This document shows positions 1 to 7,086 of a stretch of 20,000 bases of DNA, piece by piece. The first letter of the stretch is position 1; each line of letters begins with the position of its first letter. Both the position numbers and the translations under genes were made by a program. The stretch lies in the IMG/VR virus record IMGVR_UViG_3300011240_000038, one strand, 5' to 3'. The DNA comes from an uncultured virus (IMG/VR IMGVR_UViG_3300011240_000038). Its lineage: Duplodnaviria > Heunggongvirae > Uroviricota > Caudoviricetes. A model generated the notes under the pieces. That model searched no databases, was not told the DNA's origin, and was given only the letters and a program-made list of their open reading frames with translations.

Positions 1-59
1 AATCTAGATGTATCTGGTCCCATAGTGCCAGTTACATTTAACTTTCTTTTTTTCTTCAT
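1..59 (-). CDS. 5' end of a hypothetical protein running off the window (MKKKRKLNVTGTMGPDTSR...)
   Basis: ATG at 59 on the minus strand preceded by SD GAGGTGAT (reverse complement of 65-72); frame open to the window edge. Confidence 0.6.
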   Translation of the reverse strand, partial: MKKKRKLNVTGTMGPDTSR

Positions 60-83
60 TATAAATCACCTCATTTGAAAATA

Positions 84-111
84 TTGACAAAGTGTGAATA
101 TATTATACAAT
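84..111 (+). promoter_or_regulatory. SigA-type promoter of the lipoprotein gene
   Basis: TTGACA (84-89), 16-nt spacer, TACAAT (106-111). Confidence 0.6.
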
Positions 112-144
112 GTAAATATAATAGAAAAGCATGGGGGTTATTTA

Positions 145-606
145 ATGAAGAAAATATTTAGTTTATTATTATGTGCAATAATGATATTAGGTCTAGTTGG
201 GTGTGGGGATAATGATATGAGCTCAGAAAAAAAGCAATTAATAAAGCAATTTGAAGAGGGTGTTGAAGATTATAAAACCGCATTGGAATATTTTAAAAAA
301 GATGATCATGAGAATAAAGGCAAATATTTAGATTTAGCTTTTGAAAAATTTAATGATATACTCAATATAACTAATGATGGTGATTTAACAGTACTTGATA
401 CTGGTTCAGAAAACTATAAATATTATTATGAACACTACTATTCAGGTAAACTTACAGAGATATATTCAAGCAATACAGATTTATATTTGGCTGATTACTA
501 TATGAGTTATGAACAACTTTTAGAAGAATGGAACAAAAATATAGATAATATGAATAATATTATTAAGGAATACAAAGAGACGAACAATAATGAAACTTCA
601 AAATAG
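145..606 (+). CDS. Putative lipoprotein (prophage moron-like)
   Basis: Start moved to ATG145 after GGGGG SD; MKKIFSLLLCAIMILGLVGC is a type II signal peptide with lipobox LVGC; own promoter and terminator. Confidence 0.8.
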   Translation: MKKIFSLLLCAIMILGLVGCGDNDMSSEKKQLIKQFEEGVEDYKTALEYFKKDDHENKGKYLDLAFEKFNDILNITNDGDLTVLDTGSENYKYYYEHYYSGKLTEIYSSNTDLYLADYYMSYEQLLEEWNKNIDNMNNIIKEYKETNNNETSK

Positions 607-608
607 TT

Positions 609-633
609 GACTAGGGAAACCTAGTCTTTTTTT
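609..633 (+). terminator. Rho-independent terminator
   Basis: GACTAGG-GAAA-CCTAGTC perfect stem followed by a T7 run. Confidence 0.85.
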
Positions 634-637
634 ATTT

Positions 638-665
638 GAAGGAAATTTATGGGATATGTAGAATA
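638..665 (+). promoter_or_regulatory. SigH-like promoter of the HTH gene
   Basis: GAAGGAAAT (638-646) and TAGAATA (659-665) fit the SigH AGGA...GAAT consensus and spacing. Confidence 0.55.
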
Positions 666-686
666 GTATATCGTAGAGGTGGTGTT

Positions 687-887
687 ATGGAAGTTAAAAA
701 TAAACTTAAAGAGATACGTATGCGAGAGTATATGATGGATTCAGGAGAGTTTGCTAAATTTTTAGGAGTTCCAAGAAGTACATATTCACAATGGGAAACT
801 GGAAATAATAATCCTACATTAAATAAGGCTTTTGAAATTGCTGAAAAGTTAGAAAGAAAATTAGTGGATATATGGTATTCAGAGTAA
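687..887 (+). CDS. XRE/Cro-family helix-turn-helix transcriptional regulator (66 aa)
   Basis: ATG687 after GAGGTGG SD; NKLKEIR...EFAKFLGVPRSTYSQWETGNNNPTL is a typical HTH_3 pattern. Confidence 0.85.
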   Translation: MEVKNKLKEIRMREYMMDSGEFAKFLGVPRSTYSQWETGNNNPTLNKAFEIAEKLERKLVDIWYSE

Positions 888-915
888 TATCATATATCCT
901 TATTTTTTATACATA

Positions 916-1009
916 AAATTCTAAAAAAATAAAATAAATTCTAAAATATAGGAAACATTTTAAAAAAACAAGCATATAAATATATTAAGAAGTTAGAAAA
1001 ATTTAGAAA
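916..1009. repeat. TTCTAA repeat cluster upstream of parM (candidate parC/operator)
   Basis: AAATTCTAAAA at 916-926 and 936-946; inverted TTAGAAA copies at 993-999 and 1003-1009. Confidence 0.4.
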
Positions 1010-1028
1010 TATTTATAAGGAGATTGAT

Positions 1029-1895
1029 ATGATTCTAGGAATTGATGTAGGAAATTATAGTGTAAAAGTTAATCCAAACATTAACGTAAAAAGTTTAGTG
1101 AGTACAGAAGAAAACATTTTAGGATCAGGTATAGTTCTAGAATATGATAATAAAAAGTTTGTTATAGGTGAGGGGAGCTTTGAAACTGAACTAAATAAGA
1201 GTAGTAAGGAGAACTTTCTACCAATGTTATACACAGGCATTGCATTAGCAAGTGAAGATGTGTTTAATCAAGTTGTTTGTGGATTGCCAATTAACCAATA
1301 CAAGGCGAATAAAGATGCACTTGAGAGAATGGTTAATGAAAACAAGATGAAAACAGTAAAACTAAATGGTAAGTCTAGAGAAATAGTAATTTCTGAGTTT
1401 AAAGTTTATCCAGAAGGAATAGGAGCTTATTACAGTTTATCTACTAATGAAGATGTAATTATAGTTGATATAGGTGGAAGAACTACTGATATAGCGTATA
1501 TATGTGATAAAAAGCACCACACGAGCTCTACTGTGGCAGTAGGAACACTTAATATATATAAATCTATATGTGATAGGTTAAACGGTGAGCATAGCTTAGA
1601 TTTGGACTTACAAATGGTAGATAGAATTATTCAAAAGGCTTCACTTAAAGTGGATAATAAAGAAGTTGATTTAAGATTTATAACGGAAATTCTTAAAGAA
1701 AATTTTATGAAAATTAAACAGGATTTAGATTTCAAGTTCCCAGCTAGAACTGAAAGAATAATATTAGTTGGTGGTGGAGCTAAGTTGTTTAGCAGGGCAT
1801 TTGCTAAAAGATATTCTAACTTTGAAATAGCAGATAATCCTTTATATGCTAATGCGATTGGATTTAAAAAGGTAGGTGAAAGTTTATGGCAATAA
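1029..1895 (+). CDS. parM: ParM/StbA-family actin-like partition ATPase
   Basis: Actin-fold motifs ILGIDVGNYSVK, VVCGLP, YPEG, IVDIGGRTTD, LVGGGA, ANAIG; SD AAGGAG. Confidence 0.9.
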   Translation: MILGIDVGNYSVKVNPNINVKSLVSTEENILGSGIVLEYDNKKFVIGEGSFETELNKSSKENFLPMLYTGIALASEDVFNQVVCGLPINQYKANKDALERMVNENKMKTVKLNGKSREIVISEFKVYPEGIGAYYSLSTNEDVIIVDIGGRTTDIAYICDKKHHTSSTVAVGTLNIYKSICDRLNGEHSLDLDLQMVDRIIQKASLKVDNKEVDLRFITEILKENFMKIKQDLDFKFPARTERIILVGGGAKLFSRAFAKRYSNFEIADNPLYANAIGFKKVGESLWQ

Positions 1896-2089
1896 AACCA
1901 ATAACCATAAGTTTTAAAAATAATGCAGAAGATAAAGAATTGAATTTATGGATAAATAGCCATAGCAATTACAGTGGATTCATAAAAGACTTATTAAGAA
2001 AGGCTATGCATGAGGAAAGAAAAGAAGGTGGAGAAGTTATAAAAAAGCAGGTTGGATCTAGCAATTTGATAGATTTAGGGGATTTTTAA
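1886..2089 (+). CDS. Small ParR-like (ribbon-helix-helix) adaptor
   Basis: Overlaps the parM stop; N-terminal strand-helix-helix pattern ITISFK...ELNLWI...SGFIKDLLRKAM; acidic flexible tail; position typical of type II partition operons. Confidence 0.6.
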   Translation: MAIKPITISFKNNAEDKELNLWINSHSNYSGFIKDLLRKAMHEERKEGGEVIKKQVGSSNLIDLGDF

Positions 2090-2091
2090 AT

Positions 2092-2129
2092 AAAAAATAG
2101 CCTAAATCCAAATGGGTAGACTTAGGCTA
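2092..2129 (-). terminator. Rho-independent terminator, minus-strand orientation
   Basis: TAGCCTAAATC (2098-2108) pairs with GACTTAGGCTA (2119-2129); A-tract 2092-2097 becomes the U-tract on the minus strand, where the single mismatch is a G-U pair. Confidence 0.7.
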
Positions 2130-2177
2130 GGAAGCTTAAGCATGCACTCCAGCGTCTACTCTACGCTTTCGCTTCAT
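2092..2177 (-). ncRNA. Candidate ~85-nt structured small RNA
   Basis: GC-richer island with nested stems (GAAGC 2131-2135/GCTTC 2171-2175; AGCGT 2151-2155/ACGCT 2163-2167) between a SigE-like promoter and a terminator; no credible ORF. Confidence 0.4.
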
Positions 2178-2182
2178 ACTTC

Positions 2183-2212
2183 AGCGTATGCTATAAATTT
2201 TGAAATGATAAC
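2183..2212 (-). promoter_or_regulatory. SigE-like (mother-cell) promoter
   Basis: Minus strand reads GTTATC-N16-CATACGCT, matching the ATa-N16-CATAcaaT consensus. Confidence 0.5.
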
Positions 2213-2254
2213 TATTTTAGCTCCAAATATTCAAAGTTTACAAAATGTTAAAAA

Positions 2255-2329
2255 TTAGAAAATAACTGCAGCACAAACAACCGCATAACAAATAAGGTAA
2301 CCACATGTAATTGCAAATGGAATAGTCAT
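2255..2329 (-). CDS. 24-aa hydrophobic peptide MTIPFAITCGYLICYAVVCAAVIF (not in ORF track)
   Basis: Strong SD GGAGGTGT (reverse complement of 2335-2342) before ATG2329; almost entirely hydrophobic. Confidence 0.6.
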   Translation of the reverse strand: MTIPFAITCGYLICYAVVCAAVIF

Positions 2330-2406
2330 ATAAAACACCTCCGATAAAATTTATTAAGTATTAATATCATTAACAAGATTCAATTAATTATTCAGGAGGA
2401 TCTATT

Positions 2407-2811
2407 ATGTTAAATAAAAAAAAGGTTTATTCGATTCAAGAATTTATTCAATACTTGGATGAAAAAAACATTAAAAAGACAGATAAACAAGTAGGGATAT
2501 TATTGAAAGATAGAAAATTTAAGCCTATATTAGTTGCAGTAACAGGAAATTTATTACACTATAGTGTAGCGTTAGCGGATGCATCTTCAGCTACGGGGAA
2601 AATTAGTGTTGCTGGTAATACCATATTTGGTATATGTAAAGAAGCTGCATTCTGGATATGTTTGATTATGTGTGCTATAGAAATAGTAAAAGCATTGATG
2701 AATGGGGATACGAAGAGTGTTAGTAAAGTTATAGCAAAATATATAGTAGCATATGGAGCTATATATCTTTTACCATGGTCATTCAATCTTATAAAAGATA
2801 TATTTGGTTAG
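2407..2811 (+). CDS. Small membrane protein, TrbC/VirB2 pilin-like
   Basis: SD CAGGAGGA; basic leader, ALA-D processing-like site, then two hydrophobic helices separated by a short charged loop (NGDTKSVSK). Confidence 0.6.
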   Translation: MLNKKKVYSIQEFIQYLDEKNIKKTDKQVGILLKDRKFKPILVAVTGNLLHYSVALADASSATGKISVAGNTIFGICKEAAFWICLIMCAIEIVKALMNGDTKSVSKVIAKYIVAYGAIYLLPWSFNLIKDIFG

Positions 2812-2823
2812 GAGGTATGAACT

Positions 2824-3120
2824 ATGATTAGTTACACTATTTCTGAATTTTTAGCAGTAATTGAACCAGCGGATAAAATTTCTTATATGGATGCAATAAA
2901 AAATATAGGGACTTTTTTCAGTTATCTTTTACACCCAAGTAAAATATTATTATTGTTATGGAATTGGACATTTGAATTATCGTATTTTATATGTTTACTT
3001 ATTGCTTTATATGGTTTTTTTATGGTGATGACAGGGGATAAAAGTAAAAGAAAATATTTAAGTGGTTCTCTAATAACTTATTTTTTTATTAATATTATTA
3101 ACTATATAATTATGGGGTGA
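2824..3120 (+). CDS. Small membrane protein with 2-3 TM segments
   Basis: SD AGGAGGT; hydrophobic segments flanking TGDKSKRKY; tightly coupled between the pilin-like gene and the ATPase. Confidence 0.7.
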   Translation: MISYTISEFLAVIEPADKISYMDAIKNIGTFFSYLLHPSKILLLLWNWTFELSYFICLLIALYGFFMVMTGDKSKRKYLSGSLITYFFINIINYIIMG

Positions 3121-3124
3121 TTAC

Positions 3125-5455
3125 ATGAAATTTAAATCATTGAAACTAAGTGATTATTTTGAAATAAAAAAACCTACGTATATTTATTTGAAACTTACAC
3201 CAGATAGTTCTATAAGAAACTATAATAGCAGTGCTATAGCTAAATCTATATCTCTTATGTATAAAAGCATATTCCAACACATAAAAAATGAAAATAAAAA
3301 AATAATATTTGAGACTAATTGTAAGGTTTCATATTTTATAAATATAACTAAAAAAGAAGTTACATTTTACTTCATAGTACCAAACTTTTATAAAGATTTA
3401 ATTAAAGAAAAAATACGTAACACTTGGAAACGAATAACTATAGATGAAGTAGATGCTATCAAAGAATTTAAAGGTGATTCAATAAAATATCAACTATATT
3501 ATAAAAAAGAGGATGCATTATCTTTAGCTGTAGATAAAAAGAATAATGATCCATTAAATTCTTTATTAAATGTAATAGAAATAATTAAGGAAGATGAAAG
3601 AATAGGAATATTTTATAATTTCATTCCAACATTTCAAGGTGATTGGAGAGGTAGTTATAAGAAAACTATATCTAAATTAGAGAGTGGTAAACCAGTTGAA
3701 AGAGATATCACTGGTTCAATTATAATTAGGAATATAGTTAGTTTTATATCAGATATATTGAAGGAAGCATTAGGCGTTATATTAGGAAATGAAGCAAAAG
3801 AAAATTCTAATTTAAGTTTTCTAGAAGCTGCAATGGGTATAGTAAAGAACTTTAATTTATCTAATGCTACAGAGAAGAAAAAGAATGCATTAATATTAAA
3901 GGGTCAGATAATAGTAGAAAGCGAATCAAAAGATAGGGTTAGAGCAACTACAAATGCTATTACAGTATGCCAAAGTTTTAAGGCTATAGAAGAAGATAAT
4001 GAGCTTAAATATAAAGAAATTAAAAATAAAATGAAGAATGTATGGTATACTACAGACTTCAAGATTAAGGGTGTAGAAGAAAGTAAATTTTCCATAGATG
4101 AATGTAGTAATTTCATTCAGTTACCAGGTAGAGAACTACAAGATAGATTTGGAGGAATTAAAAAAATTAATACACTTGAAACTGAAGTACCAGATGAACT
4201 TCAACAAGGTACAAAATGTATAGGGCATAATACTTATAAGGGAAATGTGACAAAAACTTATTTAACTACAGATAAAGATTATAAGAATTTAGCATTAGTA
4301 CCTATAGGGCCTACAAGAAGCGGTAAAACTACACTATTAGGAAATCTTGCAGCAGATAGTGTTAAATGTGGAGAATGTGTAATAGTTTTAGATTATATAG
4401 AGAATTGTGGATTGAGTGAAGATATTAAAGCTATGATACCCAAAGAGAATGTTTTTGAAGTTAATTTGTATGATACTAACAATTTACAAGGTCTTGGATA
4501 TAATGAAGCTATAGTTGATACAGATGATGTATTTAGACAATATGAGAGTGCTAAAAAACAAGCATCACAAGTGCTTGCACTTATTAATAGTATTAATATC
4601 AGTAATAGTGAATTTACTCCAAGAATGGAGCGATATTTAACAAGTGCTTGTCTAGTATCTTTTATACAAAAGAAGTCACTGAGAGATGTAATAAAATTAT
4701 TGCAGGAATGGCAGTTTAGAGAAGATATAATAAATACCATATCTAAGAACCAAAATGATAACTTGGAAGAATATATAGGGTACCTTAAAGAGTTGGACGA
4801 ATGGTCAAAGGCTACTAAAGATAATCCTTCTGAAAAAATAGGGACTAAAACAAGTTTGATAAGTGGAGTAGTGGATAGGTTTAATAAATTGAAATCTAAT
4901 ACTTATATGGAACTTATGCTTAAGAAAGATATTACGGATAATTTTAATCTTCTGGAAGAGATGGAGAAAAATCAAGTGATATTTATAAAAATGCCTGAAG
5001 TTATGTTTGGTACTGCAGAAGAAAGAGATATAATGACAACCTATTGGTTGACTAAAATTTGGATGGCAGCTCAAGCGAGAGCTTGGAAAATTACTGATAG
5101 ATATAAAAGAAAAACAGTTACAGTAATTGGTGATGAAATAGCACAATTAAAATCAGCAGAAGAATATATTGGTAATAGATTAGATCAAACCGCAAAGTTT
5201 GGAATTAAATTTGTGTTAAGTACTATGTATATTAATCAATTAAGAATTAGAGAAAAACTTAAGACTGCTAATACTAGTTATATGTTTATATCCGGTAGTG
5301 ATAAATCTAATTTTAAAGAATTGAAAGATGAATTTGAACATAGTGGATATACTTTAGAAGATATGTTAAATCTAAAAAGATATCATTCATTGAATTACAT
5401 TAAGCATTCAGAAGGATATTGGGCTGGCATTACAGAATTACCTAAACCTAATTAA
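3125..5455 (+). CDS. Large P-loop ATPase of the VirB4/VirD4(TraG)/HerA-FtsK superfamily
   Basis: Walker A GPTRSGKT (4307-4330), VIVLD strand, helical insertion, distal Walker B VTVIGDE, then TAKFG and LSTMYINQL where the family has RKxG and xTQ motifs. Confidence 0.75.
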   Translation: MKFKSLKLSDYFEIKKPTYIYLKLTPDSSIRNYNSSAIAKSISLMYKSIFQHIKNENKKIIFETNCKVSYFINITKKEVTFYFIVPNFYKDLIKEKIRNTWKRITIDEVDAIKEFKGDSIKYQLYYKKEDALSLAVDKKNNDPLNSLLNVIEIIKEDERIGIFYNFIPTFQGDWRGSYKKTISKLESGKPVERDITGSIIIRNIVSFISDILKEALGVILGNEAKENSNLSFLEAAMGIVKNFNLSNATEKKKNALILKGQIIVESESKDRVRATTNAITVCQSFKAIEEDNELKYKEIKNKMKNVWYTTDFKIKGVEESKFSIDECSNFIQLPGRELQDRFGGIKKINTLETEVPDELQQGTKCIGHNTYKGNVTKTYLTTDKDYKNLALVPIGPTRSGKTTLLGNLAADSVKCGECVIVLDYIENCGLSEDIKAMIPKENVFEVNLYDTNNLQGLGYNEAIVDTDDVFRQYESAKKQASQVLALINSINISNSEFTPRMERYLTSACLVSFIQKKSLRDVIKLLQEWQFREDIINTISKNQNDNLEEYIGYLKELDEWSKATKDNPSEKIGTKTSLISGVVDRFNKLKSNTYMELMLKKDITDNFNLLEEMEKNQVIFIKMPEVMFGTAEERDIMTTYWLTKIWMAAQARAWKITDRYKRKTVTVIGDEIAQLKSAEEYIGNRLDQTAKFGIKFVLSTMYINQLRIREKLKTANTSYMFISGSDKSNFKELKDEFEHSGYTLEDMLNLKRYHSLNYIKHSEGYWAGITELPKPN

Positions 5456-5472
5456 TATGCAACAATATTAGG

Positions 5473-5492
5473 AGCCAAGTACATGCATGGCT
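5473..5492. other. Putative hybrid attachment site (attR/attL), crossover near CA 5482-5483
   Basis: AGCCA-AGTA-CA-TGCA-TGGCT: imperfect inverted repeat centred on CA, where the host frame starts to look family-like (HAWLYNVNRIEP). Confidence 0.6.
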
Positions 5493-6507
5493 TTACAATG
5501 TAAATAGAATAGAGCCAGCGGTAAGAAGACACATTGAAAAAATGGGAATAAAAGTTAGATTTGTAAGCCGTGTAGTAGATGTAAATATGGAAGGGATTAA
5601 TATAAAGGGAATTTATCTTAGTAATGGTGAATATATAGAAGCAGATGCCTTTGTAGAAACTACTGGTTCTACAGGACCTATGGGAAATTGCTTACGCTAT
5701 GGAAATGGTTGTTCTATGTGTATTTTAAGATGCCCAGCCTTTGGACCAAGAGTAAGTATTAGTTATAGAGCAGGTATAGAAGATATAAAAGGTGAAAGAC
5801 AGGAAGATGTATTTGGTGCTTTCAGTGGATCATGCAAGTTGGAGAAGGATAGCTTATCAGAGAAAATAGTAAAACAGTTAGATGAAACAGGAGTAGTAGT
5901 ATTAAAGGTTCCACCAGAAGATATAAATACGGATAAGTTAAAGCAAAAGGTTTGTCAACAATATGCACTAAAGGAATTTGCGGAAAATATAGTACTTTTA
6001 GATACTGGTCATGCTAAGTTAATGACTTCTTATTATCCCTTAGATAAACTTAGAAAAATTGAAGGTCTTGAAGAGGCAAAATTTGTAGATCCATATGCAG
6101 GTGGTAAAGGAAACTCCATTAGATATTTATCAGTTGCACCAAGAAGTAATCAGATGAAAGTTGTAGGACTTGATAATTTATTCTGTGCTGGAGAAAAAAG
6201 TGGGCTTTTTGTAGGACATACAGAAGCTATAACAACTGGTTCATTAGCAGGACATAATGCTGTTAGAAATGAGCTTGGAATGCCACTTTTAACCCTTCCA
6301 AGAAATTTAGCTACTGGAGACATTATAGCTTATGCTAATGAAAAGGTTCAAACTACAGAAGGTAGAAGAAATAGATATACCTTTGCAGGAGCCGAGTACT
6401 TTAAGAGAATGAAGGATAATGAACTTTATATTTTAGAGTCAGAAGAAATTCAAAAAAAGGTGAGGAAGTTGGAGTTAGATAATATTTTTAATCAAAAATT
6501 AGTATAG
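5482..6507 (+). pseudogene. 3' portion of a GidA/MnmG-like FAD-dependent oxidoreductase gene split by the element
   Basis: Frame continues upstream of ATG5542 as HAWLYNVNRIEPAVRRHIEK; no SD before 5542; N-terminal GxGxxG Rossmann motif absent while ADAFVETTG and NLFCAGE...GHTEAITTGSLAGHNA are present. Confidence 0.75.
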
Positions 6508-6544
6508 AATACATCAAATTTAGAATATAAATCTATTTAACAGT

Positions 6545-6584
6545 AACCATCAAGATATATGATTTAGTATATCCTGATGGTTTT
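6545..6584. terminator. Terminator hairpin between convergent genes
   Basis: AACCATCAAGATATA (6545-6559) and TATATCCTGATGGTT (6568-6582), 14/15 complementary, T-tract follows. Confidence 0.75.
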
Positions 6585-6604
6585 ATTGATGAATTTTCAA
6601 TAAT

Positions 6605-7033
6605 TTATTTATATAAAAATTTATGTTTTAAAAATTTTATATCTATATTTTCGCAGTTAGCAATAGTGTTTATAGATAAACCTTCGTAATTAAGTATTAT
6701 TGACTTATCAATCAACAGCTCAGCTGCAAATTGATCAGCTTGCATTTCATATTTACCTTTAACTTGAGTAGTTTTACTTTCTAAAAAAAGTATATTTAGA
6801 TTACTATGCAATATAGCGTGGCCAAGTTCATGAGCACAAGTAAATAACATATCGATTTCACTTAATCTAATATTTAAGTGAATTATTTTATTTTTTGGAG
6901 CATATTGATAAAATCCATGAATAGACCCTAAATCTTCGTACATAACATTTATTCCAAGAGCATCACATAATTCTCGAGGATCATTAGTTTTATATTTTTT
7001 TACTAAGTTATTTACTAAATTTGAAATTTCCAA
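6605..7033 (-). CDS. ImmA/IrrE-family Zn metallopeptidase (anti-repressor)
   Basis: AHELGH (HExxH) and EMQADQFAAELL motifs; probable TTG start at 7033 after a G-rich SD; directly downstream of the repressor. Confidence 0.9.
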   Translation of the reverse strand: MEISNLVNNLVKKYKTNDPRELCDALGINVMYEDLGSIHGFYQYAPKNKIIHLNIRLSEIDMLFTCAHELGHAILHSNLNILFLESKTTQVKGKYEMQADQFAAELLIDKSIILNYEGLSINTIANCENIDIKFLKHKFLYK

Positions 7034-7086
7034 AATTATATTCCCCCCCAAAAACATCATCAAATTTTACGAAATAAAGTTTGAAA

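Larger units (their letters stand above)
1..5483. mobile_element. Right end of an integrated element (probable prophage) inserted in the oxidoreductase gene
   Basis: Accessory phage/plasmid-like genes end ~27 bp before a 5'-truncated host gene; att-like inverted symmetry at the junction. Confidence 0.65.

Noticed and set aside
2140..2190. Hammerhead ribozyme on the minus strand (CUGAAG...GAAA plus stem)
   Set aside because: Core is CUGAAGU rather than CUGANGA, stem II is essentially absent and the cleavage position is G.
1055..5146. ORF-track calls 1055-1240, 2559-2786, 3904-4116, 4393-4740, 4805-5146 (minus)
   Set aside because: Antisense shadows of well-supported plus-strand genes with no recognisable motifs.
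1029..5455. Canonical conjugative ICE / T4SS
   Set aside because: No relaxase, separate coupling protein, VirB6/VirB8 or wall hydrolase before the boundary; such genes upstream of the window cannot be excluded.
5542..6507. Intact mnmG/gidA or trmFO gene
   Set aside because: Lacks the N-terminal FAD-binding motif and differs in size and motifs; only a GidA-like family call is supportable.
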